DNA from: an uncultured Gemmatimonadota bacterium
GTDB taxonomy: Bacteria > Blakebacterota > Blakebacteria > Blakebacterales > Blakebacteraceae
Reading direction: 5' to 3'
Assembly (NCBI GenBank): GCA_964576115.1
Contig: CAZNUA010000011.1
Location: 62,001 to 90,686 of the forward strand
Length of the DNA: 28,686 nucleotides
The stretch's first letter is position 1. Every line of letters starts with the position of its first letter. Shown here piece by piece: positions 27,131 to 28,686 of this stretch. The notes beneath the pieces are model-generated. The model saw nothing but the letters and a program-made list of their open reading frames with translations. It was not told the origin of the DNA and did not search any database. The translations under genes and the position numbers were made by a program.

Positions 27131-27169
27131 GCTCCCGACCTCCCCGCACACGCATTCCTTCGATCCCGG

Positions 27170-27613
27170 TTACTTGACCTGGATCTCGATTTCCTTCTCC
27201 TTGGCTTCTTCGACCTTGGGCAGCGTGATTGTGAGCACACCGTCCTTGTGCGCGGCCCGAATCTTGTCGGCCTGAACCGCGTTGGGCAGCGAGAAGGACC
27301 GGTTGAAGGTGCCGTAGTACCTCTCCGAGCAATGGCAGGAGCCCTCGTCCTCGGAGCGCTCCATCCGGCGCTCGCCCTTGATGGTCAGGACGTTGTTCTC
27401 GACGGTGACCTTGACGTCCTTCTTGTCCACACCGGGGACATCCATCGAGATCAGGTACTCGTTGTCGTTCTCTTCCACGTCGACACTCGGCACCCACTCG
27501 CGCTCCATGTTGCGGCGCTGCCGTGGCAGGGCGACGTCGTCGAAGAGACGGTTGATCTCACGCTGCATGTTCCAGAACATGTCGTTCCTCGGCTGCCAGC
27601 GAACCAGAGTCAT
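27170..27613 (-). CDS. Hsp20/alpha-crystallin small heat-shock protein
   Basis: WVPSVDVEE, DVPGV.K.DVKV, ERYYGTFNRSFSLP, A..KDGVLTITLPK and IEI tail. GGAGGTG SD. Confidence 0.96.
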   Translation of the reverse strand: MTLVRWQPRNDMFWNMQREINRLFDDVALPRQRRNMEREWVPSVDVEENDNEYLISMDVPGVDKKDVKVTVENNVLTIKGERRMERSEDEGSCHCSERYYGTFNRSFSLPNAVQADKIRAAHKDGVLTITLPKVEEAKEKEIEIQVK

Positions 27614-27708
27614 GTCACTTCACCTCCCAGGTGGTTCTTCCACCCGACTCATTGTCCGCACCGGAGTGCGGAGGGGTTGGCTTTTTTGTTCTTTCACCTC
27701 ATGTACTG

Positions 27709-27725
27709 ATCAAAGACCGTGCCAA
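27709..27725 (-). promoter_or_regulatory. Putative sigma54 (-24/-12) promoter for hsp20-dnaK
   Basis: TTGGCACGGTCTTTGAT compared with consensus TGGCACG-N4-TTGCW: a single C>A mismatch at -12. Confidence 0.7.
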
Positions 27726-27764
27726 TTCCCCGGTGCCGGGGTGTTATTCCTGTAAGTCTTTGCG

Positions 27765-27777
27765 AAACAAGATATTA
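27765..27777 (+). promoter_or_regulatory. IHF-like binding site
   Basis: AAACAAGATATTA compared with WATCAANNNNTTR (one mismatch); inside an imperfect TGTAA...TTACA palindrome about 40 bp upstream of the -24 element. Confidence 0.5.
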
Positions 27778-27834
27778 CATGGCTTTATCAGTCCCCCGCC
27801 GACGTCCGGAGCTCGAGCGGTCTTTGAAAGTGCC

Positions 27835-27907
27835 TGCCGGATTGGCATAAATTGTGTCATTTGTGCGCAGGCTGTGTCTTTCCGGCGCAGGCTCTGCCGG
27901 TTTGACT
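27835..27907. promoter_or_regulatory. Four phased imperfect dyads (candidate enhancer sites)
   Basis: TGCCggattGGCA (27835), TGTCatttgTGCG (27855), TGTCtttccGGCG (27875) and TGCCggtttGACT (27895), on an exact 20-bp period. Confidence 0.6.
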
Positions 27908-28003
27908 CATCCCGGGTACATGTCGCTGCAACATCACAAGGGAACTTCCACAGCGCTCCGGGGAGGTAAGGCGCATTCCTCACGGCAGCAAGCAAGTAAG
28001 ACC

Positions 28004-28033
28004 TTGCAACAAGAAAACACATTCTGGTACTTT
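28004..28033 (+). promoter_or_regulatory. Putative sigma70 promoter for the HTH gene
   Basis: TTGCAA (28004-28009), 18-nt spacer, extended -10 TGgTACTTT (-10 at 28028-28033). Confidence 0.55.
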
Positions 28034-28155
28034 ACAAGAAACTTAGGTGTGCTCTATTGTACCTGTTCAACCGTGCCGCTTACTCAGCGTCACGTACTTT
28101 TCACACGCACGCCGCGATGCACCTCTGTTGCACGGGCGGGTGAGGAGATGTCGGG

Positions 28156-28338
28156 ATGTCGGACATCATGAACACCGACCAGATATGCAAAGCCTTCGGC
28201 ATATCGAAATCGACCTTGAACAACTGGCGCAAAGAAAAGGGACTGCCGTACATCAAGGTGGGACGGACTGTCCGCTACGATTTCGACGCCGTGGTCGAAT
28301 GGCTGAAAAAGCACGAAGTGACCGGCCGCAAGAGCTGA
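28156..28338 (+). CDS. Excisionase-like/MerR-like winged HTH DNA-binding protein (60 aa)
   Basis: IMNTDQICKAFGISKSTLNNWRK..GLPYIKVGRTVRYD...V.EWL; GAGGAG RBS 8 nt upstream. Confidence 0.85.
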   Translation: MSDIMNTDQICKAFGISKSTLNNWRKEKGLPYIKVGRTVRYDFDAVVEWLKKHEVTGRKS

Positions 28339-28434
28339 GCGCATTGACAGGACGCCGTCGAGGATTCCCGCACCCTTCCCGCTGATTCCCTTCCGTTCTT
28401 CACCGCAGTCACCGAATCAAACCCGAGCCCTCTC

Positions 28435-28641
28435 CAGCGCGGAGGCGTACTCATCGTACGCCGCACAAGCTGTGAGGCAGTTCAACGAAGAGATCGCGCA
28501 AGACCCGCTCAGGTTTCCTGGGCCGGAGATTTCGTGTCAGATCAAGGCGCTCAAGGAGCGGCGCGGAGAAGTACGTACAGTACGTCGCACAAGCCGCGAC
28601 GCCGAGCAACGCCGAGATGACACGAAAGAACCGCTCAGGTT
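28435..28641. repeat. Two diverged copies of a structured REP/MITE-like element
   Basis: 28435-28515 aligns with 28559-28641 (GCGCGGAG..GTAC-N5-GTACG.CGCACAAGC.G...CAACG..GAGAT...CCGCTCAGGTT). The second copy is enclosed by TTTCGTGTC/GACACGAAA. Confidence 0.75.
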
Positions 28642-28686
28642 ATTCGTAGCGCAGCGATTCGATAGGATCCAGCCGCGCCGCCTTGA
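28640..28686 (-). CDS. C-terminus of a MacB/FtsX-family ABC transporter permease (partial)
   Basis: Minus strand reads KAARLDPIESLRYE-stop, the typical C-terminal motif of these permeases. Confidence 0.85.
   Translation of the reverse strand, partial: KAARLDPIESLRYE

Noticed and set aside
27645..27672. CIRCE (HrcA) operator upstream of hsp20
   Set aside because: Only a GCACTC half-like sequence inside a hairpin; spacing and flanks do not fit TTAGCACTC-N9-GAGTGCTAA.
28435..28641. CRISPR array
   Set aside because: Only two long, diverged copies, no repeat-spacer periodicity, and no cas genes in the window.
28156..28686. Prophage or ICE boundary suggested by the excisionase-like gene
   Set aside because: No integrase, tRNA or att repeat; the next gene is an ordinary ABC permease.

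Overview
GC-rich bacterial chromosomal window, probably from a Gram-negative FCB-superphylum lineage (Gemmatimonadota-like or a candidate phylum; this is inferred from gene content). Positions 1-20.6 kb are a co-oriented minus-strand run. In transcription order it holds a small Zn-ribbon gene, cdaR/YbbR-like, tsaD, three coupled envelope genes (a lamin-tail protein and two predicted beta-barrel-like proteins), alr, gcvT, comB-like, ftsK, lolA, PTS mannose-family IIC and IID, HPr, enzyme I, pgi/pmi, a sugar-phosphate nucleotidyltransferase, a PfkB kinase and metK (cut by the window edge). From 20.8 kb onward is a stress/starvation block: cstA, an orphan Xre/MbcA-type antitoxin with a palindromic operator, and an AbrB-VapC pair coupled to a metallophosphoesterase, where the PIN toxin appears to lack a catalytic Asp. 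Next come dksA/traR-like, dnaK and hsp20. Upstream of hsp20 is a candidate sigma54 promoter with an IHF-like site and four 20-bp-phased dyads. The window ends with a stand-alone excisionase-like HTH gene, a duplicated structured repeat with compensatory changes, and the 3' end of an ABC permease. I saw no tRNA, rRNA, CRISPR array, integrase or transposase. All calls come from reading motifs by eye; no searches were run.
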